64,000 bases of DNA from Macrostomum hystrix (GCA_950097015.1 CATNEN010000024.1:1736001-1800000), one strand, 5' to 3'; positions 49,487 through 63,159 are shown, counted from the stretch's first letter. The notes: generated by a model from the sequence alone, not told the origin. Numbers and translations are program-made.

Positions 49487-49608
49487 ACTGTGTACTTATA
49501 AATGTGTACTTATAAATGTGTACTTATAAATGTGTACTTATAAATGTGTACTTATAAATGTGTACTAATAAATGTGTACTTATAAATGTGTACTAATAAA
49601 TGTGTACT
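49487..49608. repeat. 14-bp minisatellite
   Basis: TGTGTACTTATAAA. Confidence 0.95.
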
Positions 49609-50109
49609 TATTTGAAGTTTCATTGCCAGCTATTCAACACCGCCTGCACCCAAGTCTACTACTTGGTTTACGTTATTCGAGCTTATCTGGGCCACAGCGG
49701 CTACTCGTTCGATCACCTGCCCTCCATGAGTTAATCAAATGCGGCTGTATTCGTTTTAATATAGCAGATTATTCAAGGTTAAATCTTGGGTTGACTTTTA
49801 TCTTTGCAAGTCAAACTTTGCACAATCTCTGCAGCTGTTGCGTTACCGAATCTGTTTCATCGTTATGAACTTTTGTTTGCTAAATTGTGGTACTTTTTAT
49901 TCTTGACGCATTTCAGTTTTTTAAATATAATCTTATTATAGCTTTTTTCGCTGACCTGAACTTTTTGCAGTGCCGTGTAGAAATAGGATATCATACTGGA
50001 TTCTGCCAGCCGAGTGTTTGACAAAAACATTTTTTAATGAGATTACTCTTAGTGATTCATAAGCCAGCCACTATACGCTCGTATTCCCCCAAATCTCAAG
50101 GGGCAGCAA

Positions 50110-51556
50110 CAAAAATTCACCCCAATTCTTCAGGGGTAGCCAGCCATTAGAATTCCTCCAATTCTTCAGGGGCAGCAACTAGAATTCCTCCAATTCTTCA
50201 GGGGCAGCAACTAGAATTCCTCCAATTCTTCAGGGGCAGCAACTAGAATTCCTCCAATTCTTCAGGGGTAGCCACTAGAATTCCTCCAATTCTTCAGGGG
50301 TAGCCACTAGAATTCCTCCAATTCTTCAGGGACAGCCACTAGAATTCCACCAATTCTTCAGGGGCAGCCACTAGAATTCCTCCAATTCTTCAGGGGCAGA
50401 AACTAGAATTCCTCCAATTCTTCAAGGGCAGCAACTAGAATTCCTCCAATTCTTCAGGGGTAGCCACTAGAATTCCTCCAATTCTTCAGGGGTAGCCACT
50501 AGAATTCCTCCAATTCTTCAGGGGCAGCCACTAGAATTCCTCCAATTCTTCAGGGGTAGCCACTAGAATTCCTCCAATTCTTCAGGGGTAGCCACTAGAA
50601 TTCCTCCAATTCTTCAGGGGTAGCCACTAGAATTCCTCCAATTCTTCAGGGGCAGCCACTAGAATTCCTCCAATTCTTCAGGGGCAGCAACTAGAATTCC
50701 ACCAATTCTTCAGGGGCAGCAACTAGAATTCCTCCAATTCTTCCGGGGTAGCCACTAGAATTCCTCCAATTCTTCAGGGGCAGCCACTAGAATTCCTCCA
50801 ATTCTTCAGGGGCAGCCACTAGAATTCCTCCAATTCTTCAGGGGCAGCCACTAGAATTCCTCCAATTCTTCAGGGGCAGAAACAAAAATTACTCCAATTC
50901 TTCAGGGGCAGCAACTAGAGTTCCTCCAATTCTTCAAGGGCAGCATCTAGAATTCCTCCAATTCTTCAGGGGCAGAAACTAGAATTCCTCCAATTCTTCA
51001 AGGGCAGCAACTAGAATTCCTCCAATTCTTCAGGGGTAGCCACTAGAATTCCTCCAATTCTTCAGGGGTAGCCACTAGAATTCCTCCAATTCTTCAGGGG
51101 CAGCCACTAGAATTCCTCCAATTCTTCAGGGGTAGCCACTAGAATTCCTCCAATTCTTGAGGGGTAGCCACTAGAATTCCTCCAATTCTTCAGGGGCAGC
51201 CACTAGAATTCCTCCAATTCTTCAGGGGTAGCCACTAGAATTCCTCCAATTCTTCAGGGGTAGCCACTAGAATTCCTCCAATTCTTCAGGGGTAGCCACT
51301 AGAATTCCTCCAATTCTTCAGGGGCAGCCACTAGAATTCCTCCAATTCTTCAGGGGCAGCAACTAGAATTCCACCAATTCTTCAGGGGCAGCATCTAGAA
51401 ATCCTCCAATTCTTCAGGGGTAGCCACTAGAATGTCTCCAATTTTTCAGAGGCAGCAACAAGAATTTCTCCAATTCTTCAGGGCAGCAACTAGAATTCCT
51501 CCAATTCTTCAGGGGCGCCCACTTAAATTCCTCCGATTCTTCAGGGCAGCAACTAG
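50110..51556. repeat. 32-bp minisatellite
   Basis: ACTAGAATTCCTCCAATTCTTCAGGGG(C/T)AGC(A/C), period 32. Confidence 0.97.
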
Positions 51557-52966
51557 GATATGTGCATATTTATGAAGAAACCAATAGGTCAAGGCAATCT
51601 GCCTTTCATTTTTCAGCGCAATTGATTTCTCGGTTTTTATAGTTTTTCGATTTTTCTATTCAGGTTTTTACTTTTTCATGTTCTAAAGCATTTTCGTTTA
51701 TCACACTACTTGGTTACTACTATTTATATACTTTATTTGCTAATGGCATGTTTTACGCGTAAAAATAAAAACTTCTTCTTAATAAAACTTAATGATTTCG
51801 CAACGTTTTTATTGACAAGGATTATTACCAAGGAATGAAGTTATTTTCATACAGCTAGTTGTTTCTAGCGTTGTAGTGCCTACACCCCAGTTGCTACTGC
51901 ATGGCACACGAAATTCACAAATCACACATTGCTAACCTGATGAAAAGGATTCCTCTTTGTAAGTAGAAAAATAGACTGAAGTCAAACACATTTGCGGCAT
52001 TTGTTAACTTGTAAATTAAAAAAAAAATTTGATCCGGCATTAAATCGTATTACGCAAAGCAGCACTGCGCTTGCTGTATTAGTCTGGCCATATAATTGTA
52101 CGAGCTATAACCGTATATATTAGGCTAGGTAATTAGCTAGTAAATAGCCAGTTAGTATAGCTATCGCTGTTAAAAATAAACAGGAGAGTTCAAATATGGC
52201 ACTAGTAAAAATATCTGTAGCCGGACAGCATTTGAATTACAAAAATCCACAGCAAATTAATACAAAAATAGCTTCAGTTACCTAAATAACAAGGAGCGGC
52301 AACCTTCATTAAAAATGTTAATGCGAATTGCAATAGAAACAGTTTGGCTTGTCAGAATTATAACTAAGTAAATGTTATAATAGGTGGAACTATTTTTTTC
52401 ATTTTCAACAGACACTTCAACAAATCAGCTGTTTTGTGCGTCAGAAAAAAACTTGTAAAAATGTAAATATACTGCAGTGTCGATGCTTACTGAAAATAAA
52501 TGATCGATTGGCAAAAATATGTAATCACACTTTAGCACCTCATGATTGAGCATCACAGCTTAAAAGGGAATTAACGCACCGAAGAGCTACAAGTAGTTAA
52601 TATATGCACTTGATTTTATCTAATATCGAATCGGATTTTGTTGATAAAACTGTAGGGTGCCTACTTATAGTAGGAAAGCGAAAAATATAGCACAGATCTT
52701 AAATTCGAAAGTAAAGCGGTCTTTTTACATTTGCATTTTTATAAAACGATGATAATTGATAATCGAAGTGTTGTCATACAGCAGATGGCCAAATAGCGAT
52801 TGGAAGCTTGACAACTAATGATTCGCACAACAAACCTGCTCTTGCAACAGCAAGAGAGCATTCTAGTAAAGGAAAAAAGAAAAAATTAGCTACTTTAAGA
52901 ACAAACAGTTCAGAAAAAACTTGATAAAAAGCACAAAGGTTACTTAATTGCAAAAGTCAAATCTGA

Positions 52967-55900
52967 TCACACTACAGTCTGATGAGAGGCTAACCTACTG
53001 CTAGGCTGCAGCCTGGGCGGCGGAATTGGCGGCTGCCAGTGCTGCTGTTGCTGTTGCTGCTGATAAATTTGTGGCACTTGCTGCTGCAGCTGAGGATGAT
53101 AATTATAATGCAGGTTCTGGTACTGAGGATGCTGGCCTCTCTGAAAGCAGGTGAAGAGCGAAGCTAATTTACTCATTTAGGCCACAGATTTTACCAGTGC
53201 TAGTGTAGGTTCTTTGCATTGGGTTCAGTGGGACTGTAGTTTGTGGCTTGCTGGGCTCTCATTCTCTTTGGGTTGGTAGGTACTGTGGCTTGGTGGGTTG
53301 CCTATGACCGGTGGGTGCTGTGGAACGGTATAGGTTGTCTATGGCCGGTGGGTACTATGGAATGGTGGGCTGTCTATGGCCGGTGGGTGCAGTGGAATGG
53401 TGGGCTGTCTATGGCCGAGGGTGCTGTGGGATGCTGGGCTGTCTATGGCTGGGGTGCTGTGGAATGTTAGGCTGTCTATGACCGAGGGTGCTGTGGGATG
53501 CTGGGCTGTCTATGGCTGGGGTGCTGTGGAATGTTAGGCTGTCTATGACCGAGGGTGCTGTGGGATGTTGGGCTGTCTATGGCTGGGGTGCTGTGGAATG
53601 TTAGGCTGTCTATGACCGAGGGTGCTGTGGGATGTTGGGCTGTCTATGGCTGGGGTGCTGTGGAATGGTAGGCTGTCTATGACCGAGGGTGCTGTGGGAT
53701 GTTGGGCTGTCTATGGCTGGGGTGCTGTGGAATGGTAGGCTGTCTATGGCCGGTGGGTGCTGTGGGATATTGGGCTGTCTATGGCCGGTGGGTGCTGTGG
53801 AATGCTGTGCTGTGGAATGTTGGGCTGTTTATGGCTGGGGTGCTGTGGAATGTTGTGCTGTCTATGGCCGGTGGGTGCTGTGGAATGGTAGGCTGTCTAT
53901 GGCCGGGGGTGCTGTGGAATGGTAGGCTGTCTATGGCCGGGGGTGCTGTGGAATGGTAGGCTGTCTATGGCCGGGGGTGCTGTGGGATTTTGGGCTGTCT
54001 ATGGCCGGTGGGTGCTGTGGAATGGTAGGCTGTCTATGGCCGGGGGTGCTGTGGGATGTTGGGCTGTCTATGGCCGGGGGTGCTGTGGGATGTTGGGCTG
54101 TCTATGGCCGGGGGTGCTGTGGGATGTTGGGCTGTCTATGGCCGGGGGTGCTGTGGAATGGTAGGCTGTCTATGGCCGGGGGTGCTGTGGGATGTTGGGC
54201 TGTCTATGGCCCGTGGGTGCTGTGGAATGGTAGGCTGTCTATGGCCGGGGGTGCTGTGGGATTTTGGGCTGTCTATGGCCGGTGGGTGCTGTGGAATGGT
54301 AGGCTGTCTAATAACACTGGGCGGATGTTTAACAAGTCGCCATTTCCAAGCCACAAGCCAACTAGTCAACACATTTAAGGCAGTTGAAATTCTGTTAAAC
54401 TATGCGAAAATTTTCATAAATAAACGCTGTACTTTAAAATGATGCACGAGGGATAAAAGCTCAATTTTGAACACCATTGAGATTCGTGGCCTTAAATGCT
54501 TACTAAAATTAACTTAAAAAGAAAATATCACATAAGACAGAGAATAGGCTAAAAGTTCAGTAAATAAAAACTATTACTAAGCTCGTAAAAGATAAAAGAA
54601 CTGGTTAAACTGTCAACACGCGAATCAAGCATACCTCCTGTTCAGTCCTGAAAATGTGGCGGAATATAGACTTAAGCTCCAAGCCAACCTTATATATTCT
54701 ACGCCCGTTGAGGTAGTTAAACAATTTAGACACCTAAAATGTATCCCCTGACAAATCCGATACACCTAAAATTTATCCCCTGACACACTTGTTTTCTACA
54801 CTGGCACACGAAAACCTCAACAGATAAATAATTTTCCCCAATGTCACTAATTTTACTCCTGACGGCCATTTCCTCAACAGACTGATTATCCTCTCCTGAC
54901 ACCCATTATCCTCAACTGACACCCATTAACCTCTCCTGACACCCATTATCCTCAACTGACACCCATTAACCTCTCCTGACACCCATTATCCTCTCCTGAC
55001 ACCCATTATCCTCTCCTGACACCCATTATCCTCTTCTGACACCCATTATCCTCTCCTGACACCCATTATCCTCTTCTGACACCCATTATCTTCTCCTGAC
55101 ACCCATTATCCTCTCCTGACACCCATTATCCTCTCCTGACACCCATTATCCTCTCCTGACACCCATTATCCTCAACTGACACCCATTATCCTCTTCTGAC
55201 ACCCATTATCTTCTCCTGACACCCATTATCCTCTCCTGACACCCATTCTCCTCTCCTGACACCCATTATCCTCTCCTGACACCCATTATCCTCTCCTGAC
55301 ACCCATTATCCTCTCCTGACACCCATTATCCTCTCCTGACACCCATTATCCTCTCCTGACGCCCATTATCCTCTCCTGACACCCATTCTCCTCTCCTGAC
55401 ACCCATTATCCTCTCCTGACACCCATTATCCTCTCCTGACACCCATTCTCCTCTCCTGACGCCCATTATCCTCTCCTGACGCCCATTATCCTCTCCTGAC
55501 ACCCATTCTCCTCTCCTGACACCCATTATCCTCTCCTGACTCCCATTATCCTCTCCTGACACCCATTCTCCTCTCCTGACACCCATTATCCTCTCCTGAC
55601 ACCCATTATCCTCTCCTGACACCCATTATCCTCTCCTGACACCCATTCTCCTCTCCTGACAGCCCATTATCCTCTCCTGACAGCCAAATTCTTTTCTCCA
55701 CCAGGCATTGCAACGCCTCTCAATCTCCTCCTTTAGAATAGACAAAATGCATTGGTTGCATAGCGATTACTGTTCATAATTACACGAATGGATACAGGGC
55801 CAGCATGGAGCATAAGTGATTATTTGCTCACCAGCTGCAACCGGTAGCGCCTATTTGGGTCAGTCTCATTGTCCGACACAGCCGCCTGGTAGCTGTTGTT

Positions 55901-58900
55901 GTGCGAATGCCGAAAATTATTGCCACCGGAAGAGGGACTGAAATTTCGAGTAGGATTAAAAGCAAGCGATGGACAGCTATGTTGGTATCTGCTATTCCGT
56001 CTGCTGAAATCTAGACGGAATCTGCTCAAATAAAGACAGAATCTGCTGAAATCTAGACGGAATCTGCTGAAATCTAGACAGAATCTGCTGAAATCTAGAG
56101 GGAATCTGCTGAAATCTAGAGGGAATCTGCTAAAACCAGGACGGGAGCAAGTGTGTACTAACCCTTCACTCAGGTAGTCTCCATAAAGCGACCATCCCTG
56201 AGCAGGTGGTCCGTAGTCAAAATGTTGCTGCTGATTTGGTGGACTGCGGTCAGCGGCAGCGACAGCGGCGGCAGCGGCGGCAACAGCGGCAGCGTCGGCG
56301 TCGGTGACGGGGCCGGCACTGTCCTGCGACACAGGGGCGGAGCTGCGCGGAATGATCTCGGCCCGTGGCGTTGTCAGCCGCAGCCGGCCTCGTCCTGTCT
56401 GGGCGTCGTAGGCAACGCGGAGTCCGCGGTCAGCCGGCAGCTGGGTGAATTCGATGCGCCGACGCTCCTCCTGGCTGAGGCCGCTGGTGTCAACTCGGTC
56501 GTGCCGGATGTGACTGAGCAGGCCTGATGAGGCCTCGGCCAGGATTGGACGCCGGCTGCGACTGCCAGCACCGCCGCCGGCGGCTGCTGAAGCAGCAGCA
56601 GCTCCGGCGTGGCGTCGGCGAGAGGCGGCCACTTCGCTGTTTATGGCAGGGAGGAAAAGCTAAATAGCCCAATACCGACTGAATTTATCCAAATCCCACC
56701 CGACCGAACTTATCCCAATTCCTTCGGACCGAGTTTATCCCAATCCCTTCGGACCGAGTTTATCCCAATACCATCCAACCAAATTTATCCCAATCCCTTC
56801 TGACTGAGTTAATCCCAATACCGTCCGACAGAATTTATCCAAATCCCACCCGACCGAACTTATCCCAATCTCTTCGGACCTAATTTATCCCAATCCCTTC
56901 GGACCGAGTTTATCCCAATACCATCCAACCAAATTTATCCCAATCCCCTCGGACCGAGTTTATCCCAATACCATCCAACCAAATTTATCCCAATCCCTTC
57001 TGACTGAGTTAATCCCAATACCGTCCGACAGAATTTATCCAAATCCCACCCGACCGAACTTATCCCAATCTCTTCAGACCTAATTTATCCCAATCCCTTC
57101 GGACCGAGTTTATCCCAATACCATCCAACCAAATTTATCCCAATCCCTTCTGACTGAGTTAATCCCAATACCGTCCGACAGAATTTATCCTAATCTCTTC
57201 GGACCTAATTTATCCCAATCCCTTCGGACCGAGTTTATCCCGATTCCATCTTACAGGAATACATCCTGGTCTAAATTTATTGCAATCAAACTTTCGATTC
57301 CATATCGCGAGGTCCAGAGTTCGATTCTCAGCCCGATAATGTATCCATAATGTATCCATATGACCAGTCGGATTAGAATGAATCCTTATATATTCCAGCC
57401 CCAAACTTAATGTAAAAGTGTCACAGCAATTCTAGTGAGATTACAATTAAGTTGAAAGAAAGAATCAGAAACACACTGCAAAAACTCGGTTATCAGAAAT
57501 GTTATTACAGAATTTGAAACAGTTCACCTTTTTTTATATTGACTCGGCTGCATCAATTGAATGCAAGCAGTGCAGCCTACATGATTCAATTCATGTAGAT
57601 ACGAGCGTACAAGCTCATACTATGAGCAGAGTTACTACAACACGCGCTTCAAACTCACAGACAGCACATGTTAGAGGTGTTATTGTGTGCAAAAAACGCT
57701 TAAAACGAAACACTTGTTATAAAAATGAGGCAACATGTCTCCTCCTGAGTAGCTAGCTAGAAATGCGATCGATATTTCTAAATTACCTAGAGTCGTACAG
57801 CTCGTCAGATATCAGATGTCGATTTGAACGCTGATAATAGCGCTCCCTGACCATGTTGAATCTGGATCCCGAATCATTTGATCAGCTTTTTATGACAACA
57901 AACTCAAACTCGACTAATCAACTCAGAGCATTTAGTTATTAATATCAGGTGAAGAAAAATAATGCTAATCTATGCCTTGGATGAAGGAATAGAATGGATT
58001 GCTAATCTATGCCTTGGATGAAGGAATAGAATGGATTGCTAGTCTATGCCTTAGATGAAGGAATAGAATGGATTGCTAGTCTATGCCTTAGATGAAGGAA
58101 TAGAATGGATTGCTAGTCTATGCCTTAGATGAAGGAATAGAATGGATTGCTAGTCTATGCCTTGGATGAAGGAATAGAATGGATTGCTAATCTATGCCTT
58201 GGATGAAGGAATAGAATGGATTGCTAATCTATGCCTTGGATGAAGGAATAGAATGGATTGCTAATCTATCCCATGGATGAAGGAACAGAATGGATTGCTA
58301 ATCAATTTCATGGATAAGGAATAGAATGGATTGCTAATCTATGCCATCTATGAAGGAATAGAATGGATTGCTAATCTATGCCATCTATGAAGGAATAGAA
58401 TGGATTGCTAATCTATGCCATCTATGAAGGAATAGAATGGATTGCTAATCTATGCCATCTATGAAGGAACAGAATGGATGGCTAATCTATGCCATGGATG
58501 AAGGAATAGAATGGATTTTAATCAATCCCATAGATAAGGAATAGAATGGATTGCTAGTCTATGCCATGGATGAAGGAATAGAATGGATTGCTAATCTATG
58601 CCATGGATGAAGGAATAGAATGGATTGCTAGTCTATGCCTTAGATGAAGGAATAGAATGGATTGCTAGTCTATGCCTTAGATGAAGGAATAGAATGGATT
58701 GCTAGTCTATGCCTTAGATGAAGGAATAGAATGGATTGCTAGTCTATGCCTTGGATGAAGGAATAGAATGGATTGCTAATCTATGCCTTGGATGAAGGAA
58801 TAGAATGGATTGCTAATCTATGCCTTGGATGAAGGAATAGAATGGATTGCTAATCTATCCCATGGATGAAGGAACAGAATGGATTGCTAATCAATTTCAT

Positions 58901-61900
58901 GGATAAGGAATAGAATGGATTGCTAATCTATGCCATCTATGAAGGAATAGAATGGATTGCTAATCTATGCCATCTATGAAGGAATAGAATGGATTGCTAA
59001 TCTATGCCATCTATGAAGGAATAGAATGGATTGCTAATCTATGCCATCTATGAAGGAACAGAATGGATGGCTAATCTATGCCATGGATGAAGGAATAGAA
59101 TGGATTTTAATCAATCCCATAGATAAGGAATAGAATGGATTGCTAGTCTATGCCATGGATGAAGGAACAGAATGGATTGCTAGTCTATGCCATGGATGAA
59201 GGAACAGAATGGATTGCTAATCTATGCCATGGATGAAGGAACAGAATGGATTGCTAGTCTATGCCATGGATGAAGGAACAGAATGGATTGCTAGTCTATG
59301 CCATGGATGAAGGAACAGAATGGATTGCTAGTCTATGCCATGGATGAAGGAACAGAATGGATTGAGCAGCAGAATTGTGTGAGAATAAGCAGCAGAATCA
59401 GAGAGCACTCACTTATTGGTCTTGGTCACCGCTTCAGTGTCAGACATAAACGGCCGGTAGGGATCACTGGAACAGCATGTGGTTTCAAGTGAAACTCATT
59501 CTACCTAGGGTATGCTTAGTAAGCTGATCAATGAATATGTCAAAAGCACATTGCGAATTAGCAATTAAGCTCGAATTAACAATATTTGGACTCACTCGCC
59601 GTACACAGACGAAGTGCTGCCCACAGGTGCTCGAATGTCACGCATACTTCTAGTATCCATGGCCGGCCTGGAATTGAGGGCAATTGTGTATTTGACACCA
59701 CTGGGCTGCTGAACGAGAGGAGATGAATTTTTTAAATTAAATATTACTTTTCAAATTTAAGCATTTTAAAATCGCAAAATTTGGTTTTGAGAACTGAAAA
59801 ATGTTACGAATATAATTTGAACACTCAAAGATCTCTGAAATCCAATTTGAGCACTGCGAAGCCCTATAAATCAAATTCGAGCAATTTATAAGATTTATCA
59901 TACACGAAAAAGCACACACGACAGGTTAAAAGGCTTACGCGGCTCTCATCCGCCTCTGTTGCTGCTGCTGTTGCTGGCCCGGTGGCAGCGGCGCCGGTCC
60001 AAGCTGCGGATCCTGCAGCCATTGGTCAGACTGATCAAATTCGCGACGCCTGGAGCGCTCACCAGGCCGACGGTAAGGCGCAGCGGCTGCCACAGCCGAG
60101 CTGTCCGCGGCTTGACGAAACGACGGGTCGATGCCCGACCTGTGCGTGAAGGTATGGATTGCTAATCTATGTCATCTGTGAAGGAATAGAATGGATTGCT
60201 AATCTATGCCATCTGTGAAGGAATAGAATGGATTGCTAATCTATGCCATCTGTGAAGGAATAGAATGGATTGCTAATCTATGCAATCTGTGAAGGAATAT
60301 AATGGATTGCTAATCTATGCCATCTGTGAAGGAATAGAATGGATTGCTAATCTATGCCATCTGTGAAGGAACAGAATGGATTGCTAATCTATGCCATCTG
60401 TGAAGGAATAGAATGGATTGCTAATCTATGCCATCTGTGAAGGAATAGAATGGATTGCTAATCTATGCCATCTGTGAAGGAATAGAATGGATTGCTAATC
60501 TATGCAAGCTGTGAAGGAATAGAATGGATTGCTAATCTATGCCATCTATAAAGGAATAGAATGGATTGCTAATCTATCCAATGGATGAAGGAACCGAATG
60601 GATTGCTGATCTATCCAATGGGTGAAGAACATTAGCCAAATAGCCAGGTAGACTCACCGGAAGAACTCCAGGTGCTCGCAGCAGGTCTCCCAGAGCTCCT
60701 GCAGCTGGTGCTTGCTGTCTGACCGGAATTCGTGCAGTCCGTCTTCCTGTGAAGCAATTAAGAGAATTCAATTTCGCAGCTGTGAAAATAAAGTCCTGGT
60801 TAGATGGCTAAATGAATGATCAAAGCTGAGAAGTGGAAAAGTGCAAAACTAAAGCAAAATATAAATTGCTCATATTGGAATAAGCATTTAGCAAAATGAA
60901 CTAGAGCAGACCGTGTGACCCTGGTGCTAAACACCAATGGAGGTAGCGCATTTGTGGTCTCCTGCACTGCCTTAATTGCAATAATCTAGTATTTTCTGTT
61001 TCACTAGAAAAAAGGTGCTCGACGTCGGCCGCCGAAAAGAAGAGGCGCAGCTAATTTTTAATTTTAAAATGGGGATTAATCGATTGAGTGCCTCGTCACG
61101 CCTGAAATCCCAAGCCTATTCTATTCCACTCGTTGTGCTGAGCTCTTGTCGGAGATGAATGGGTCTGAAGGGTGGGTGGGGGCTGTTGATTTAATTTATG
61201 CGAATGCAAGCGGTGGCAAAGGCTGATTAGAGTTGGGGCCGATGCGAGAACTGCTCAGTATGTGAGCAGTAAATAGCTGGGGAGAATTGGCAGTTATGTG
61301 TGGTGCGAGGACTTATTAATCTCATTTTTAACCTGCTGAAACCACATTCTAGCCATTTTGACAAAAATGGCAGAATAATTCTAGCTATAGGATCAAAAAA
61401 CATATTTGGATTGCCATCTGAACCAACAGCGAAGGATTGCTAGACTATCCCATGGGAGAAGGATTTGAGTGGATTGCTAGACTATCCCATGGGAGAAGGA
61501 TTTGAGTGGATTGCTAGACTATCCCATGGGAGAAGGATTTGAGTGGATTGCTAGACTATCCCATGGGAGAAGGATTTGAGTGGATTGCTAGACTATCCCA
61601 TGGGAGAAGGATTTGAGTGGATTGCTAGACTATCCCATGGGAGAAGGATTTGAGTGGATTGCTAGACTATCCCATGGGAGAAGGATTTGAGTGGATTGCT
61701 AGACTATCCCATGGGAGAAGGATTTGAGTGGATTGCTAGACTATCCCATGGGAGAAGGATTTGAGTGGATTGCTAGTCTATCCCATGGGAGAAGGATTTG
61801 AGTGGATTGCTAGTCTATCCCATGGGAGAATGATTTGAGTGGATTGCTAGACTATCCCATGGGAGAAGGATTTGAGTGGATTGCTAGTCTATCCCATGGG

Positions 61901-63043
61901 AGAATGATTTGAGTGGATTGCTAGACTATCCCATGGGAGAAGGATTTGAGTGGATTGCTAGACTATCCCATGGGAGAAGGATTTGAGTGGATTGCTAGAC
62001 TATCCCATGGGAGAAGGATTTGAGTGGATTGCTAGACTATCCCATGGGAGAAGGATTTGAGTGGATTGCTAGACTATCCCATGGGAGAAGGATTTGAGTG
62101 GATTGCTAGACTATCCCATGGGAGAATGATTTGAGTGGATTGCTAGACTATCCCATGGGAGAAGGATTTGAGTGGATTGCTAGACTATCCCATGGGAGAA
62201 GGATTTGAGTGGATTGCTAGACTATCCCATGGGAGAAGGATTTGAGTGGATTGCTAGACTATCCCATGGGAGAAGGATTTGAGTGGATTGCTAGACTATC
62301 CCATGGGAGAAGGATTTGAGTGGATTGCTAGACTATCCCATGGGAGAAGGATTTGAGTGGATTGCTAGACTATCCCATGGGAGAAGGATTTGAGTTTATT
62401 GCTAGACACTATACGATGGGAGAAGGAACAGAATGGATTGCTAGTCTATCCGATGATAAAGGAACTAAATAGTACTGCAGCTCTCGAAGATGATCATCGC
62501 CGGGTTTCAATCAAAGGTCCCAACTTTATTCTAATCTGAATCCAGTGAACTGCCCATTAAGCCTGCTTCATTAATTAGAAACTGTCACTCTATCGTTGCT
62601 AATTTGAGAACTCAAAATCCACTCTAGATTGAGCTTCTTCACTATCCCCCTAGCAGTTTAGAGCTGAGCAAATGAAGAGCTAGTAATTAAGATATTGTCC
62701 ACCTTTTGCGCGTCATGGCCCTCGGGCCATGAGATAAGGCAGCTTATCTGTCAGATGCTGAACAATACGTCCTGTCAACAATTTGTCTCGCTCCCGCTCT
62801 GGGTGTTAAAAACTTCCTCGACTCTGAACTGTGCTCCACTCAAACAATTTGCGATTTTCTCCCTAGTTGAGATTAAGCCACTCGGAGAACAGCCAAACAT
62901 TGCACATAATCAGCAAAGACAGTCAGTCAACCCGGCCTGAATCAACGATCAATTGAGAGCACACTGTAGGGACACTTACTGATTTCGACCGAACCTTCAT
63001 TACCATCCTGTTCTTCTTCAGTTGGAACTTCTTGATCCTGGGC
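52967..63043 (-). CDS. FERM-domain (band 4.1-like) protein, 3' part; 5' exons beyond the window
   Basis: Exons: 63043-62980 (PRIKKFQLKKNRMVMKVRSKS), 60746-60658 (EDGLHEFRSDSKHQLQELWETCCEHLEFFR), 60139-59939, optional 59466-59413, 56636-55832 (possible internal intron 56162-56004), 53140-52967; phases are consistent. The first two match the FERM C-lobe (WPKILKISYK...LWKVCVEHHTFFR). The C-terminus is QTVV. Confidence 0.8.
53290..54310. repeat. ~32-bp G-rich minisatellite, FERM last intron
   Basis: GGCTGTCTATGGCCGG..GGTGCTGTGG(G/A)ATG.T units. Confidence 0.95.
54875..55682. repeat. 20-bp minisatellite
   Basis: ACCCATTATCCTCTCCTGAC. Confidence 0.97.
55998..56135 (-). repeat. 21-bp array (CTAGATTTCAGCAGATTCCGT-like) inside the FERM exon/exitron
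   Basis: Units spaced exactly 21 nt apart; translates as LDFSRFx repeats. Confidence 0.9.
56668..57245. repeat. Composite ~25-bp minisatellite with higher-order blocks
   Basis: TTTATCCCAATCCCTTCGGACCGAG and variants in recurring order. Confidence 0.9.
57965..59363 (-). repeat. 37-bp family array D with ~590-bp internal higher-order duplication
   Basis: Reverse complement of the 37-bp unit; diagnostic variants recur at 58261/58850 and ~58510/~59100. Confidence 0.95.
60152..60625 (-). repeat. 37-bp family array E, filling most of a FERM intron
   Basis: Minus-strand unit ATAGATTAGCAATCCATTCTATTCCTTCACAGATGGC. Confidence 0.95.
61433..62452 (-). repeat. 37-bp family array F
   Basis: Plus-strand unit GACTATCCCATGGGAGAAGGATTTGAGTGGATTGCTA. 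Confidence 0.95.
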
Positions 63044-63159
63044 CTAGAACAACGGGTTGGAAAATCTGCTGTGCGAAACTAAATTCTACATAATTTGCTT
63101 TATTGCTCAAGTATTGAAGTGAGCAAGTCAAGGGGGTAGAAGTGCACTGTCAAAACAGG

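Noticed and set aside
53243-55622. Trp/Cys/Gly-rich ORFs
   Set aside because: Intronic minisatellites of the FERM gene.
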